The notes beneath the pieces are model-generated. The model searched no databases. It was not told the origin of the DNA and saw nothing but the letters and a program-made list of their open reading frames with translations. Both the position numbers and the translations under genes were made by a program. From contig JAXMKV010000017.1 in assembly GCA_034371155.1 (NCBI GenBank), positions 13,371 through 77,370 of the forward strand: a stretch of 64,000 nucleotides of DNA, in the 5' to 3' direction. Numbering within the stretch: the stretch's first letter is position 1; each line of letters begins with the position of its first letter. Of this stretch, positions 1 through 9,923 are shown piece by piece. The stretch comes from Gallionella sp. (lineage in GTDB: Bacteria; Pseudomonadota; Gammaproteobacteria; Burkholderiales; Gallionellaceae).

Positions 1-137
1 AGGAAGCAACCTATCCAAATTACATCCTTATGTCAGCACTCTCCTGCGACAGAAAATGGTTTGATTGCGGGGGCTAACGCTAGCTAGCCTCCCGCACCCA
101 AAGACCGCCACATGGGGACGGCCCAACCACAGGCCGA

Positions 138-455
138 TTAGTTCGGCTTGCCAATTCCAGGCGTAGGAAAAGGCCATGTAGCTGCCGGACGCACAGGTGC
201 GGGGGCAGACGGTGCCGGAGCCGGAGTTGCGGGCTTAACAACCGCTGCAGGAGCAGGAGCCACCGGCTTGGAGACAGCGGGCTTCTTGGCTGCCGGAGCT
301 GCTTTTTTGGCCACTGGCTTCTTCGCTACCACTTTTTTTGCTACTGGCTTTTTAGCTGCAACGGGCTTCTTGGCTGCCGGAACTGCCTTTTTAGCCACTG
401 GCTTCTTTGCTACCGCCTTCTTCGCTGCCGGTTTAGTTTTCTTTACTGCTGCCAT
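138..455 (-). CDS. Histone H1-like basic nucleoid protein (AKKPV/AKKAV repeats)
   Basis: Lys/Ala/Pro pentapeptide repeats. Start moved to ATG 455 (MAAVKK), which follows AAGGAGG. 105 aa. Confidence 0.85.
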   Translation of the reverse strand: MAAVKKTKPAAKKAVAKKPVAKKAVPAAKKPVAAKKPVAKKVVAKKPVAKKAAPAAKKPAVSKPVAPAPAAVVKPATPAPAPSAPAPVRPAATWPFPTPGIGKPN

Positions 456-788
456 TTCAACCTCCTTACAATTTATGAAAGTTAACGAAATACAACACCT
501 ACGACTACCACCCCCAAGACACACTCAAACTACAGCGCATCTCAAAGCCTGACAACCCGCCACTTACACCATTGACCAGCTGACAGGTCGGACGGTAGCA
601 CACGTATATTTTTTGCAACCGTCTAATAACCCTGTAAAAACAACTCAATTCACAAGTTATCAAAGTGTTCCGGGGTCTTCTGGCACAAAACTTTCTCATC
701 ACAAGCGCTCTCTGCAAACAAAAGCCTCGCCGGGACGGCTGATGCCTATGCTAACTTTCAGTAGCGTGAGCGTACCGCAACATCCCGT

Positions 789-1934
789 TCAATCCCACGA
801 CAAAGCACCACCGCTCTGATATTCCGTCACGCGTGTCTCGAAGAAATTTTTCTCCTTTTTGAGATCAATCATCTCTGCCATCCAGGGAAAAGGATTGCTC
901 GCTCCGGGGTAAAGGGTATCGACGCCAATCTGCTGGCAACGACGGTTGGCAATGAAGCGCAAATACTCCTTGAACATCCCGGCATTCAAGCCAAGCACTC
1001 CGCGCGGCATGGTGTCTTCGGCGTAGGCATACTCCAACTCGACCCCCTTTCGGAACAAACCGCGTATCTCTTCGCGGAACTCAGTCGTCCACAGGTGCGG
1101 GTTTTCCATCTTGATTTGGTTAATCACATCCACGCCGAAGTTCAAATGCATAGACTCATCGCGCAGGATGTATTGGTACTGCTCGGCAGCACCTGTCATC
1201 TTGTTTTGGCGTCCCAATGCCAATATCTGCACGAACCCCACATAAAAGAACAACCCCTCCATGATGCAGGCAAACACGATCAGGCTGCGCAGAAGCGCCT
1301 GATCAGCCTCCGGCGTTCCCGTCTTGAAAGCAGGATCGGTCAGCACGTTGATAAACGGGATCAAAAACTCGTCCTTCGCACGAATGCTGGCCACCTCGTG
1401 GTACATGTTGAAGACTTCACCCTCGTCCAAGCCCAGGCTTTCCACGATGTACTGGTATGCATGGGTATGGATCGCCTCTTCGAAAGCCTGACGCAGCAAG
1501 AACTGCCGGCACTCCGGATTGCTGATATGGCGATAAGTGCCGAGCACAATATTGTTGGCCGCCAGACTGTCCGCCGTGGTGAAAAATCCCAGATTGCGCT
1601 TCACTAAACGGCGCTCATCCTCACTCAGCCGATCACTCTTCCACAATGCGATGTCCGCCGTCATGTTCACTTCTTGAGGCATCCAGTGATTGGCACAGGC
1701 GGCCAGATACTTCTCCCATGCCCACTTGTACTTGAATGGCACCAGTTGATTTACATCGGCACGAGAATTGATGATGGCTTTATCTTCGACACGCACCCTC
1801 CCGACAGAAGGCGCGTCCGCCGATTTCACGTCCCGCACGACATCCGCACCTACGTCCGGGAAATCGCCAAAACCCGCACGCATACCACCCAATGGGGTTG
1901 CGGTCGGCCTAATGTTGTCTTCAAATGTCAGCAT
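789..1934 (-). CDS. nrdB: Ribonucleotide reductase class Ia beta subunit
   Basis: [17 protein letters not shown] and RDESMH diiron motifs; C-terminal NFFETRV. Confidence 0.97.
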   Translation of the reverse strand: MLTFEDNIRPTATPLGGMRAGFGDFPDVGADVVRDVKSADAPSVGRVRVEDKAIINSRADVNQLVPFKYKWAWEKYLAACANHWMPQEVNMTADIALWKSDRLSEDERRLVKRNLGFFTTADSLAANNIVLGTYRHISNPECRQFLLRQAFEEAIHTHAYQYIVESLGLDEGEVFNMYHEVASIRAKDEFLIPFINVLTDPAFKTGTPEADQALLRSLIVFACIMEGLFFYVGFVQILALGRQNKMTGAAEQYQYILRDESMHLNFGVDVINQIKMENPHLWTTEFREEIRGLFRKGVELEYAYAEDTMPRGVLGLNAGMFKEYLRFIANRRCQQIGVDTLYPGASNPFPWMAEMIDLKKEKNFFETRVTEYQSGGALSWD

Positions 1935-2001
1935 TCACTCTCTCCTTTTGCTCGATGAACATTGCTGTCCCATAAATTTTTATTCAGCATCTTGCCTGCG
2001 C

Positions 2002-4854
2002 TCACTGGCAAGCCTCGCACTCGGGATTGTCAATCGAACAGAATTTGGCTTCTTCCGCTGCGCCAGCAGTAGTCGGCACAGCATTTAGCGAACCGGCACG
2101 TCCGGTCGATTTTTCGGCAGACGTCGCCCCCAAAGTGCGCAAATAGTAGGTCGTTTTCAGGCCACGCAACCAAGCCAGCTTGTAGGTTTCGTCGAGCTTG
2201 CGCCCCGATACACCGGCCATATAGATATTCAACGACTGCGCCTGATCGATCCACTTCTGACGGCGTGACGCGGCTTCGATCAACCAACCCGGCTCAACCT
2301 CGAATGCCGTCGCGTAAAGATTGCGAAACTCCGCCGGCACCCGGTCTATTTTTGCCAAGCTACCGTCAAAATATTTCAGGTCGGCGATCATCACCTCGTC
2401 CCACAGCCCGAGCTGCTTGAGATCGGAGACCAGATGCTCATTGATAACAGTAAATTCTCCCGACAGGTTCGACTTCACAAAGATGTTCTGATAGGTCGGT
2501 TCGATACAGGCTGACACACCGATAATATTGGAAATGGTCGCAGTCGGCGCAATCGCCACACAATTCGAATTACGCATGCCGTGTTGTTTGATACGCGCAC
2601 GCAGCGCGTCCCAATCCATCGTCGCCGACATGTCCACTTCGACATAGCCACCACGCTCCTCGCGCAACATGTCCAAGGAATCCTGCGGCAATATGCCGCG
2701 ATCCCACAAGCTGCCACGATAGCTGGCGTAACGCCCGCGCTCCTCAGCCAGCTGAGTAGACGCCCAGTAGGCGTAGTAGCACACCGCTTCCATGGAGTGA
2801 TCGGCGAATTCGACCGCCTCCCGCGAAGAATAAGGAATGCGCAGATCGTGCAAACAATCCTGGAAACCCATGACCCCCAAACCGACAGGACGGTGCTTCA
2901 GATTTGAATTGCGCGCCTTTCCCACCGCGTAGTAATTGATATCGATCACATTGTCCAACATACGCATCGCCGTGCTGACGGTGCGACGCAACTTGTCGTG
3001 ATCGATCTGCCCGGCCTTTTCGTGCCCCTTGGGATACAGATGCGCCGCCAGATTGACCGAACCGAGGTTGCACACGGCAATTTCGCTATCGCTGGTGTTG
3101 AGCGTAATCTCGGTGCACAGATTGGAACTATGCACGACGCCGACATGCTGCTGCGGCGAACGAATGTTGCAGGGATCCTTGAAAGTGATCCAAGGGTGCC
3201 CCGTCTCGAACAACATCGTCAGCATCTTGCGCCACAGACTTGCCGCCGGAATCTTCTTGAACAGCTTGAGTTCACCTCTTGCGGCCTTTGCCTCGTAAGC
3301 CACATAAGCGCGCTCGAACTCCGCGCCGAATTTCTCATGCAGATCTGGCACATTGGAAGGCGAAAACAGAGTCCAGTCGCCCCCTTCCATCACGCGCTTC
3401 ATGAACAGATCGGGAATCCAGTTAGCGGTATTCATATCGTGGGTACGACGGCGATCATCGCCGGTGTTCTTGCGCAAATCAAGAAACTCTTCAATATCCA
3501 AATGCCAAGTTTCCAAGTAGGCGCACACTGCCCCCTTGCGTTTCCCGCCCTGATTCACCGCCACAGCGGTGTCGTTCACCACCTTCAGGAAAGGCACCAC
3601 ACCTTGCGACTGCCCGTTGGTTCCCTTGATATGGGCACCCAATGCACGCACCGGAGTCCAGTCGTTGCCCAAGCCGCCTGCATATTTGGCGAGCAGCGCA
3701 TTTTCTTTGATTGCCTCATATATCCCATCCAAATCGTCTCCGACCGTAGTCAGATAACAGGAAGAAAGCTGCGAGCGCTGCGTTCCGGAATTAAACAATG
3801 TCGGCGTTGAACTCATGAAATCGAAGCTGGACAGCAAACGATAGAACTCGATCGCGCGCGATTCCCGGTCAATCTCATTCAGCGACAACCCCATCGCAAC
3901 ACGCATAAAGAAGGCCTGCGGCAGCTCGATGCGACTTTCCTGAACATGCAGGAAATAGCGGTCATACAGAGTCTGCAAACCAAGATAACCGAACTGCAGG
4001 TCGCGCTGGGCATCCAACTCTTGGCCCAGACGCTGCAAGTCGAACTGCGCGAGGCGCGCATCCAGCAATTCCGCCTCCACTCCGCGCTTGATGAATTGCG
4101 GGAAATATTCGGCATAACGGGTCGCCATCTCGGCCGGAGCCACTTCCTCACCGAGCACCTCGGCGCACATGTTGTTCAACAGCAAGCGCGCCGTGACGAA
4201 ATTGTAGGCGGGCTCCTTCTCGATCAGCGAGCGCGCTGAAAGAATCAGGCATTTTCGCACTTCGTGTGCCGGCACGCCGTCATACAAGTCCTTCAGCGTC
4301 AATTTGATTACTGCCTCAGCATCGACCGCCTCGCCCAGACCGACGGATGCGGACTGAACCAGCATCAGCAGGCGATCCATATCCAGCGGATGGCGCACAC
4401 CATCTTCTCCTGTCACGCTGATGACATGAACCGGTTCTTTGCTCTTTGATTTGGCTCGAGAACGGGAACGCTCTTCGCGATACAGCACATAAGCACGAGC
4501 GACATCGTGCTCGCCGGAACGCATCAGCCCCAACTCGACTTGATCCTGAATATCCTCGATATGCATCGTGCCACCGTGCGGCTGGCGACGCAGCAGGGCC
4601 GAGACGACTCCATCGGTCAACATCTCCACAATTTCACGCACGCGCGCGGATGCCGCACCCTGCCCGCCATTCACCGCGATGAACGCTTTGGTCAGCGCAA
4701 TCGATATCTTGGAAGGCTCAAAGGCAACCACCGATCCATTGCGGCGAATCACCTTGTATTGGTCTAGGGGATTTGAAGTGGCGCGAGAAAAATCAGAAAC
4801 ATCATTGACAAGCACTGGGGGGGTTGGAAGGCTATCCGAAGCCGCTTGCAGCAT
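2002..4854 (-). CDS. nrdA: Ribonucleotide reductase class Ia alpha subunit with tandem N-terminal ATP cones
   Basis: TPTLFNSG, SSCYL, SNLCTEI, APTATIS and C-terminal CSIDNPECEAC. ATG 4854 is preferred over GTG 4860 because of GGGAG spacing. Confidence 0.97.
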   Translation of the reverse strand: MLQAASDSLPTPPVLVNDVSDFSRATSNPLDQYKVIRRNGSVVAFEPSKISIALTKAFIAVNGGQGAASARVREIVEMLTDGVVSALLRRQPHGGTMHIEDIQDQVELGLMRSGEHDVARAYVLYREERSRSRAKSKSKEPVHVISVTGEDGVRHPLDMDRLLMLVQSASVGLGEAVDAEAVIKLTLKDLYDGVPAHEVRKCLILSARSLIEKEPAYNFVTARLLLNNMCAEVLGEEVAPAEMATRYAEYFPQFIKRGVEAELLDARLAQFDLQRLGQELDAQRDLQFGYLGLQTLYDRYFLHVQESRIELPQAFFMRVAMGLSLNEIDRESRAIEFYRLLSSFDFMSSTPTLFNSGTQRSQLSSCYLTTVGDDLDGIYEAIKENALLAKYAGGLGNDWTPVRALGAHIKGTNGQSQGVVPFLKVVNDTAVAVNQGGKRKGAVCAYLETWHLDIEEFLDLRKNTGDDRRRTHDMNTANWIPDLFMKRVMEGGDWTLFSPSNVPDLHEKFGAEFERAYVAYEAKAARGELKLFKKIPAASLWRKMLTMLFETGHPWITFKDPCNIRSPQQHVGVVHSSNLCTEITLNTSDSEIAVCNLGSVNLAAHLYPKGHEKAGQIDHDKLRRTVSTAMRMLDNVIDINYYAVGKARNSNLKHRPVGLGVMGFQDCLHDLRIPYSSREAVEFADHSMEAVCYYAYWASTQLAEERGRYASYRGSLWDRGILPQDSLDMLREERGGYVEVDMSATMDWDALRARIKQHGMRNSNCVAIAPTATISNIIGVSACIEPTYQNIFVKSNLSGEFTVINEHLVSDLKQLGLWDEVMIADLKYFDGSLAKIDRVPAEFRNLYATAFEVEPGWLIEAASRRQKWIDQAQSLNIYMAGVSGRKLDETYKLAWLRGLKTTYYLRTLGATSAEKSTGRAGSLNAVPTTAGAAEEAKFCSIDNPECEACQ

Positions 4855-4898
4855 ATACACACTCCCTTATTATCTGGTTGACTACAAAAATGCGAAAA

Positions 4899-4914
4899 CC
4901 ACTACATCTAGTGT
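4899..4914. promoter_or_regulatory. NrdR box (weaker second box about 4929-4944)
   Basis: CCACTACATCTAGTGT resembles the NrdR consensus acaCwAtATaTwGtg and lies 45 bp upstream of nrdA. Confidence 0.7.
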
Positions 4915-4975
4915 TTTTTTCAGTGGCGGCGCTAATTGTAGTAGGTAAGCGGAATATTGCAAGCTAAAAAAAGGC

Positions 4976-5548
4976 CTATATATTTTCCCCTTTTACCGCC
5001 TTATCCCCATCATCACGAACCAGCCCTGAAAGATAGCGCAGCCAGTCGAAACAAGGCCCCGGGTCGGTCTTACGGCTTGGCGCGATATCGCTGTGCCCGG
5101 CGATGGAACAGCCCGGATAAGCTTCACGCAACCTTTTGGTCAGGTATTGCAAGGCAACATATTGCGCATCGTCAAATGGAAGGGCATCGCTTCCCTCCAG
5201 TTCGATGCCTATGGAAAAATCGTTGCAACGCTCGTGCGCCTGCCAAGATGACAGCCCCGCATGCCAAGCACGCTTGGAACATGGCACGAATTGAATTACA
5301 CGCCCGTCGCGGCGGATAAAAAAGTGGGCGGACACCTTCATGTCAGCAATATTTCGATAATACGGGTGGCTTTTCGCGTCCAACGTATTGGTGAACAACT
5401 GCAACACCCCGTCACCGCCAAACTCCCCCGGAGGCAGACTGATGTTGTGTATCACCAGCAGATCGACCTGCATGGATGGCCTATCGTCAAAATTTGGCGA
5501 CGAAACAAACTCGGCTCCAGTCAAAATCCCTCGCTCGTCAATCCGCAC
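4976..5548 (-). CDS. ampD: 1,6-anhydro-N-acetylmuramyl-L-alanine amidase
   Basis: HNISLPPGEFG, VSAHFFIRRDG, SIGIELEG and GHSDIAPSRKTDPG. Confidence 0.96.
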   Translation of the reverse strand: MRIDERGILTGAEFVSSPNFDDRPSMQVDLLVIHNISLPPGEFGGDGVLQLFTNTLDAKSHPYYRNIADMKVSAHFFIRRDGRVIQFVPCSKRAWHAGLSSWQAHERCNDFSIGIELEGSDALPFDDAQYVALQYLTKRLREAYPGCSIAGHSDIAPSRKTDPGPCFDWLRYLSGLVRDDGDKAVKGENI

Positions 5549-6890
5549 CGTCAGGCTCCCTGATACCCAGTCGCTCCATGCGATAGCGCATGGTTCTAAA
5601 CGTCAGTCCAAGCAATTTGGCCGCCGCAGTTCGGTTAAATCCGGTCTTTTGCAACGCCTCCAGCAGCGCCTGCCTTTCGACCCGGTCAAGATAATCCGGC
5701 AACGGATACTTCTCTCCCAACACAGAGGAAACCGAAGAAGGCTGTTCAACAGGACAGAGTTGCAAGTCCTGCTCCGTGATCAGCCCGTCGGAGCATAAGG
5801 CCAGTGCTCGCTCTATGATGTTCTCCAGTTCGCGCACGTTTCCCGGGTAGTCATAATGCTGTAGCACACGCAGCGCCTCGTTGGAGAATTTCACTGCCGC
5901 CCCCGCCGCCAGCCTTTGCAGCGTTTGTTGCGCAATGCTGACGATATCCGCCTCAAGCTCCCGCAATGGTGGCATGTGTATCGAAATAACGTTTAGCCGG
6001 TAATACAGGTCCTGACGAAACTTGCCCTGCCGTACCCATTCGGAAAGATCACGGTGCGTCGCACTGATAATACGGACATCCACCGCCTCTTCACGCGGGG
6101 CACCGACCTTGCGCACGCATTTTTCCTGTATTGCCCGCAATAACTTAACCTGCATCCCCAACGGCAGGTCGGCCACCTCATCCAGAAACAGAGTGCCGCC
6201 GTGCGCTGCCTGAAAAAAACCATCCCTATCCTGGTCCGCCCCGGTAAATGCGCCTTTCTTGTAGCCGAAAAACTCGCTCTCCATCAGCGTTTCCGGTATT
6301 GCTCCGCAATTCACCGCGATCAGCGGCTGCTCTGATCGTGCACCTCTTTGCACGATTAGCCGCGCAGCCAGCTCTTTTCCGCTCCCCGATTCACCGCTGA
6401 TATACACCGGTGCCTGGCTGCGTGCGACACGCTCGATCAAATCGCGCACCCTTTGCATTGCCGGTGACTCCCCCATCAGCATCTGCCCCCGCGTCGACAC
6501 GGGCTGGGGGAGACTGAGCGCAGATTTCACCAACGTGCGCAATTGATCGAGCGAGACCGGCTTGGCCAGATAATCGAACGCACCCGCCTTAAGTGCTGTG
6601 ACCGCGTTTTCCATATTGCCGTGCGCAGTTATCACCGCCACAGGCACATCCAGATTGTGCTGGGTGATGTGCTGCACCACCTGCAACCCGTCACCATCCG
6701 GCATTCGCATATCAGTCAGACACAGGTCGTATCGTCCGGATGTCAGCTTCTTCAATGCCTCACCCACACCGGCGGCACGCTCTACTTCCAACCCCATCTT
6801 GAGCAGAGCCAGCTCAAGCAGTTCCAGAATATCGGGCTCATCATCCACCAGCAACACGCGATGATTCCTTGTTCGATGGTTAACGCTCAT
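5538..6890 (-). CDS. pilR: Sigma54-dependent response regulator of type IV pilin expression
   Basis: Receiver domain, GESGSGKE, ESEFFGYKKGAFTGA and C-terminal HTH; downstream of a PilS-like kinase. Start set at ATG 6890 (GGAG SD). Confidence 0.9.
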   Translation of the reverse strand: MSVNHRTRNHRVLLVDDEPDILELLELALLKMGLEVERAAGVGEALKKLTSGRYDLCLTDMRMPDGDGLQVVQHITQHNLDVPVAVITAHGNMENAVTALKAGAFDYLAKPVSLDQLRTLVKSALSLPQPVSTRGQMLMGESPAMQRVRDLIERVARSQAPVYISGESGSGKELAARLIVQRGARSEQPLIAVNCGAIPETLMESEFFGYKKGAFTGADQDRDGFFQAAHGGTLFLDEVADLPLGMQVKLLRAIQEKCVRKVGAPREEAVDVRIISATHRDLSEWVRQGKFRQDLYYRLNVISIHMPPLRELEADIVSIAQQTLQRLAAGAAVKFSNEALRVLQHYDYPGNVRELENIIERALALCSDGLITEQDLQLCPVEQPSSVSSVLGEKYPLPDYLDRVERQALLEALQKTGFNRTAAAKLLGLTFRTMRYRMERLGIREPDGAD

Positions 6891-8463
6891 GCGATTCTCC
6901 AAATGTTATTCTGAAGCAGGCTCCGCTTTGCCCTTCTTCTTTGTGATATTCAAGTAACGCGCCATTGGCTTCGCACAACTCCTTGGCGATATACAAGCCC
7001 AATCCGGTACCGTCCGTCGCGGTGGTAAAAAAGGGCTCGAACAGTTTTTGCAGATGCTCGTCGGCTATTCCAACCCCGTTATCGGCGACCTCCAGTATCG
7101 TCCGCCCTGACTCGGCCAACAGTGTCAAGCTGACGCTTGCCTGTGTTTTTGAAGCATAGCGTAGCGCGTTGCGGCACAGATTCCATAACACCTGGCGCAA
7201 ATGCCCCCGATCAAAACTTATGTCGATACCGGTTAATCCGGTCAGCGACAATACCCCGGCATCGACACGCTCAGCCAACAAGAATTCGTCCACGAAGCCG
7301 CGCAGCATAGAAGCCAAATCGAATATCTCCGCCTGCGCGCGATCGCGCCTGTTCAGCTGCATCACATCCTGAACGATGCGATTGATACGCCGCGTGTTAT
7401 CCAGCACGATTTGCAACAGGCGTTGTTGTTTGGCATCAACGGACTCCTCGCGCAACAGCTCTGTCGCGTAGCTGATAGCAGACAAGGGATTTCGCACCTC
7501 ATGCGCGATGTTCGCTGTCAATCTCCCCAGTGCGGCCAGTTTAATCTGCTGCGCTTCGGCCTGAACTCGCTGCATGTCCTCCAGGAAAATCAGCACACCG
7601 CGAGCGGCATCGCGCTCGATCGGCACAAAACGCAATTTTGCCTGCGCCCCCACATCCAGTTGCAATGTATCGCGACTCGTCGCACCACTGCGTTTCCACA
7701 ATGCGTACTGTCCGAACAAGATAGGAAAAGAATCGGCCAAAGGCGCTCCATGCGTGCTCCCCTTATGCAACATCCTCTCTGCCGCAGGATTCATTTGCAT
7801 GAGACAACCGTCCTCGTCCACCACCAGCACGCCGTCCTGCATATCGCGCATCACCAGACGGTTCGCTTCGGACAGGTTGGCAAGATCGTGCCCGCGCCTC
7901 TGGGCCAGCAACTGGCTGTCCACCGCGTAGCGCGCTAGTGCGTGCGCCATCAGGGCAACCGCAAAATAAGCCACACACAGCAATCCGACCTGGACGAACT
8001 TCGCTTCCATGCCGTCGGCATAGAGCACGGCATAAGAGTGTTCCAACAGCGCCGCAATACTGGCCAGGGCGGCGAAAAAAAGCGTGATCCGACCGTGGCT
8101 GATCATTCCGGCAGCCGCCAGCGACACCAGCAACAGCAACCCCATGTTGCTCTGGATCCCGCCGCTGGCATAGGAAAGCACGGACAAGCCAACGATATCC
8201 ACACCGACCTGAAATGCCAACTGAAGAGAAAAACGCGGCCAGTGCAGCCTGAGCAGCAGCAGCGAGAACGCGACGGCTGCCGTATAAACCAAGCTTGCGA
8301 CGAAAAACAACACCCAGTTGCGCGCACCAAGCGGCAACACATCGCCAAAATTCGCGGCAAGGAACACCAGCAGACTGGCCAGAGTCAACCGGTACAGGCT
8401 GTAGTATTGCAGGGGACGCCAAAAGTTGGCGGTAGGGGAAGATGGAACCGGTTTGTTCGCCAT
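6880..8463 (-). CDS. pilS: Sensor histidine kinase PilS-like
   Basis: About 6 N-terminal TM helices, PAS-like region, IAHEVRNPL H-box and GTGLGL G2 box. Confidence 0.88.
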   Translation of the reverse strand: MANKPVPSSPTANFWRPLQYYSLYRLTLASLLVFLAANFGDVLPLGARNWVLFFVASLVYTAAVAFSLLLLRLHWPRFSLQLAFQVGVDIVGLSVLSYASGGIQSNMGLLLLVSLAAAGMISHGRITLFFAALASIAALLEHSYAVLYADGMEAKFVQVGLLCVAYFAVALMAHALARYAVDSQLLAQRRGHDLANLSEANRLVMRDMQDGVLVVDEDGCLMQMNPAAERMLHKGSTHGAPLADSFPILFGQYALWKRSGATSRDTLQLDVGAQAKLRFVPIERDAARGVLIFLEDMQRVQAEAQQIKLAALGRLTANIAHEVRNPLSAISYATELLREESVDAKQQRLLQIVLDNTRRINRIVQDVMQLNRRDRAQAEIFDLASMLRGFVDEFLLAERVDAGVLSLTGLTGIDISFDRGHLRQVLWNLCRNALRYASKTQASVSLTLLAESGRTILEVADNGVGIADEHLQKLFEPFFTTATDGTGLGLYIAKELCEANGALLEYHKEEGQSGACFRITFGESHER

Positions 8464-8489
8464 CACTCGCGGCACATTACCACTTCAAG

Positions 8490-8705
8490 CTAATCGCGGT
8501 CAGCATCACGATGCGATGCGCTACAGTAGAAAGCGCCATCCGACTGCACGCTCTCCCCTTTGGGAAGATGCACACCGCAATGCGCGCAACACACCATATC
8601 TTCCGCAAGAACGGACTCTTCGCGCGCACTCGCCTTGCTGCGATAAGAACGTATCAGCAGGTAAACGGCGACGACGATAGCAACCAACATCAACAAACGC
8701 GCCAT
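8490..8705 (-). CDS. PP0621-family small membrane protein with Cys motif
   Basis: N-terminal TM helix followed by MVCCAHCGVHLP...FYCS; sits upstream of pilS. Confidence 0.8.
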   Translation of the reverse strand: MARLLMLVAIVVAVYLLIRSYRSKASAREESVLAEDMVCCAHCGVHLPKGESVQSDGAFYCSASHRDADRD

Positions 8706-8778
8706 CACAACCACTCCAAAAACAATCGCGACAATCGCGATATAAGCTGCGGATGTTCACACAGCCCGCAAAGACAAG

Positions 8779-9846
8779 TCAACCGATCTGCTTCGCGGCC
8801 TCATCCCCGGCAAGCGCACAGCCGGCATTCGCCAGCAAAACGCGTATCGGCGCAGGAATCGCGGCTCGCACAGGGGCATCCGCAGGATGCCACATGCTAT
8901 CCGATTGCGCGGCCCACACCGGCTTGCGCCGCAGCGTCAGCCACAACGGGGTGATATGCAATTTGAAATGGGTAAAGACATGAATGAACGGCTCCAGTCT
9001 TCTTTCGCTGAGAATTTCGATCCCGTGCTGCCCGCACCAAGCCCGCGCCTTCGCTGCATCGTCAAATTGCGGAAAACTCCACAATCCGCCCCACACACCA
9101 TGCGGAGCACGCTTTTCCAAAAGAATTTCGTTTCCGTGCGAAAGCATGAGCATGACAGTGTTGCGCCCCGGAACCGATTTACGAGGACGCGGCGTGGGCA
9201 ACGTCTGCACACACCCCGTTGCCAACGCGGCACAATCATCACGTACCGGGCACACGGGACATTTTGGTTTGCCACGCACACAAAGGGTCGCACCCATATC
9301 CATCAATCCCTGAATATAAGTCGCCACATCGTTCTCGGGCAACAAACGCTCGGCATGCTGCCACAATGCGCTTTCGACACGCTTTTCTCCCGTCCAGCCG
9401 GCGACAGCACAGTAGCGCGCAAGTACACGCTTGACATTGCCGTCCAGGATTGCGCGGCGTTCATGAAAGGCCAGAGCACAAATCGCGGCGGCGGTGGAGC
9501 GGCCGATGCCGGGGAGTTCGACGATATCTTCGAGTTGGCGCGGGAATTCTCCGCTAAATTTCTCGACAACGATGCGCGCTGCCTTGTGAAGGTTGCGGCC
9601 TCTTGCGTAGTAGCCAAGGCCGCTCCAGTGCGCGAGCACTTCGTCCTCGGACGCTGCGGCGAGTGCGGTTATGGTCGGAAACGATGCGATGAATCGCAGA
9701 TAGTACGGAATGACGGTGGCGACCTGCGTCTGTTGCAGCATGATCTCGGACAGCCACACGCGGTAAGCATCCTGCCCCTGCCAGGGCAGGTCGTGACGGC
9801 CGTGTTGGCGTTGCCAGCGGATGAGGCGGGAAGAAAAACTATGCAT
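8779..9846 (-). CDS. mutY: A/G-specific adenine glycosylase
   Basis: WLSEIMLQQTQV, HhH LPGIGRSTA and 4Fe-4S motif CVRGKPKCPVCPVRDDC. Confidence 0.96.
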   Translation of the reverse strand: MHSFSSRLIRWQRQHGRHDLPWQGQDAYRVWLSEIMLQQTQVATVIPYYLRFIASFPTITALAAASEDEVLAHWSGLGYYARGRNLHKAARIVVEKFSGEFPRQLEDIVELPGIGRSTAAAICALAFHERRAILDGNVKRVLARYCAVAGWTGEKRVESALWQHAERLLPENDVATYIQGLMDMGATLCVRGKPKCPVCPVRDDCAALATGCVQTLPTPRPRKSVPGRNTVMLMLSHGNEILLEKRAPHGVWGGLWSFPQFDDAAKARAWCGQHGIEILSERRLEPFIHVFTHFKLHITPLWLTLRRKPVWAAQSDSMWHPADAPVRAAIPAPIRVLLANAGCALAGDEAAKQIG

Positions 9847-9857
9847 TCAACGCCGCT

Positions 9858-9912
9858 GTAGGAGCGGGCCCTGCCTGCGACCAGGAAGTTCGCGGGCCGG
9901 GCCCGCTCCTAC
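9858..9912. repeat. GTAG-type REP doublet / palindrome
   Basis: Perfect 14-bp inverted repeat GTAGGAGCGGGCCC (9858-9871) and GGGCCCGCTCCTAC (9899-9912) between asmA and mutY. Confidence 0.75.
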
Positions 9913-9923
9913 GTTACCGCCAA

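Noticed and set aside
789-4854. Intein or intron in nrdA/nrdB
   Set aside because: Frames are continuous; the extra length of NrdA is explained by the duplicated ATP cone.
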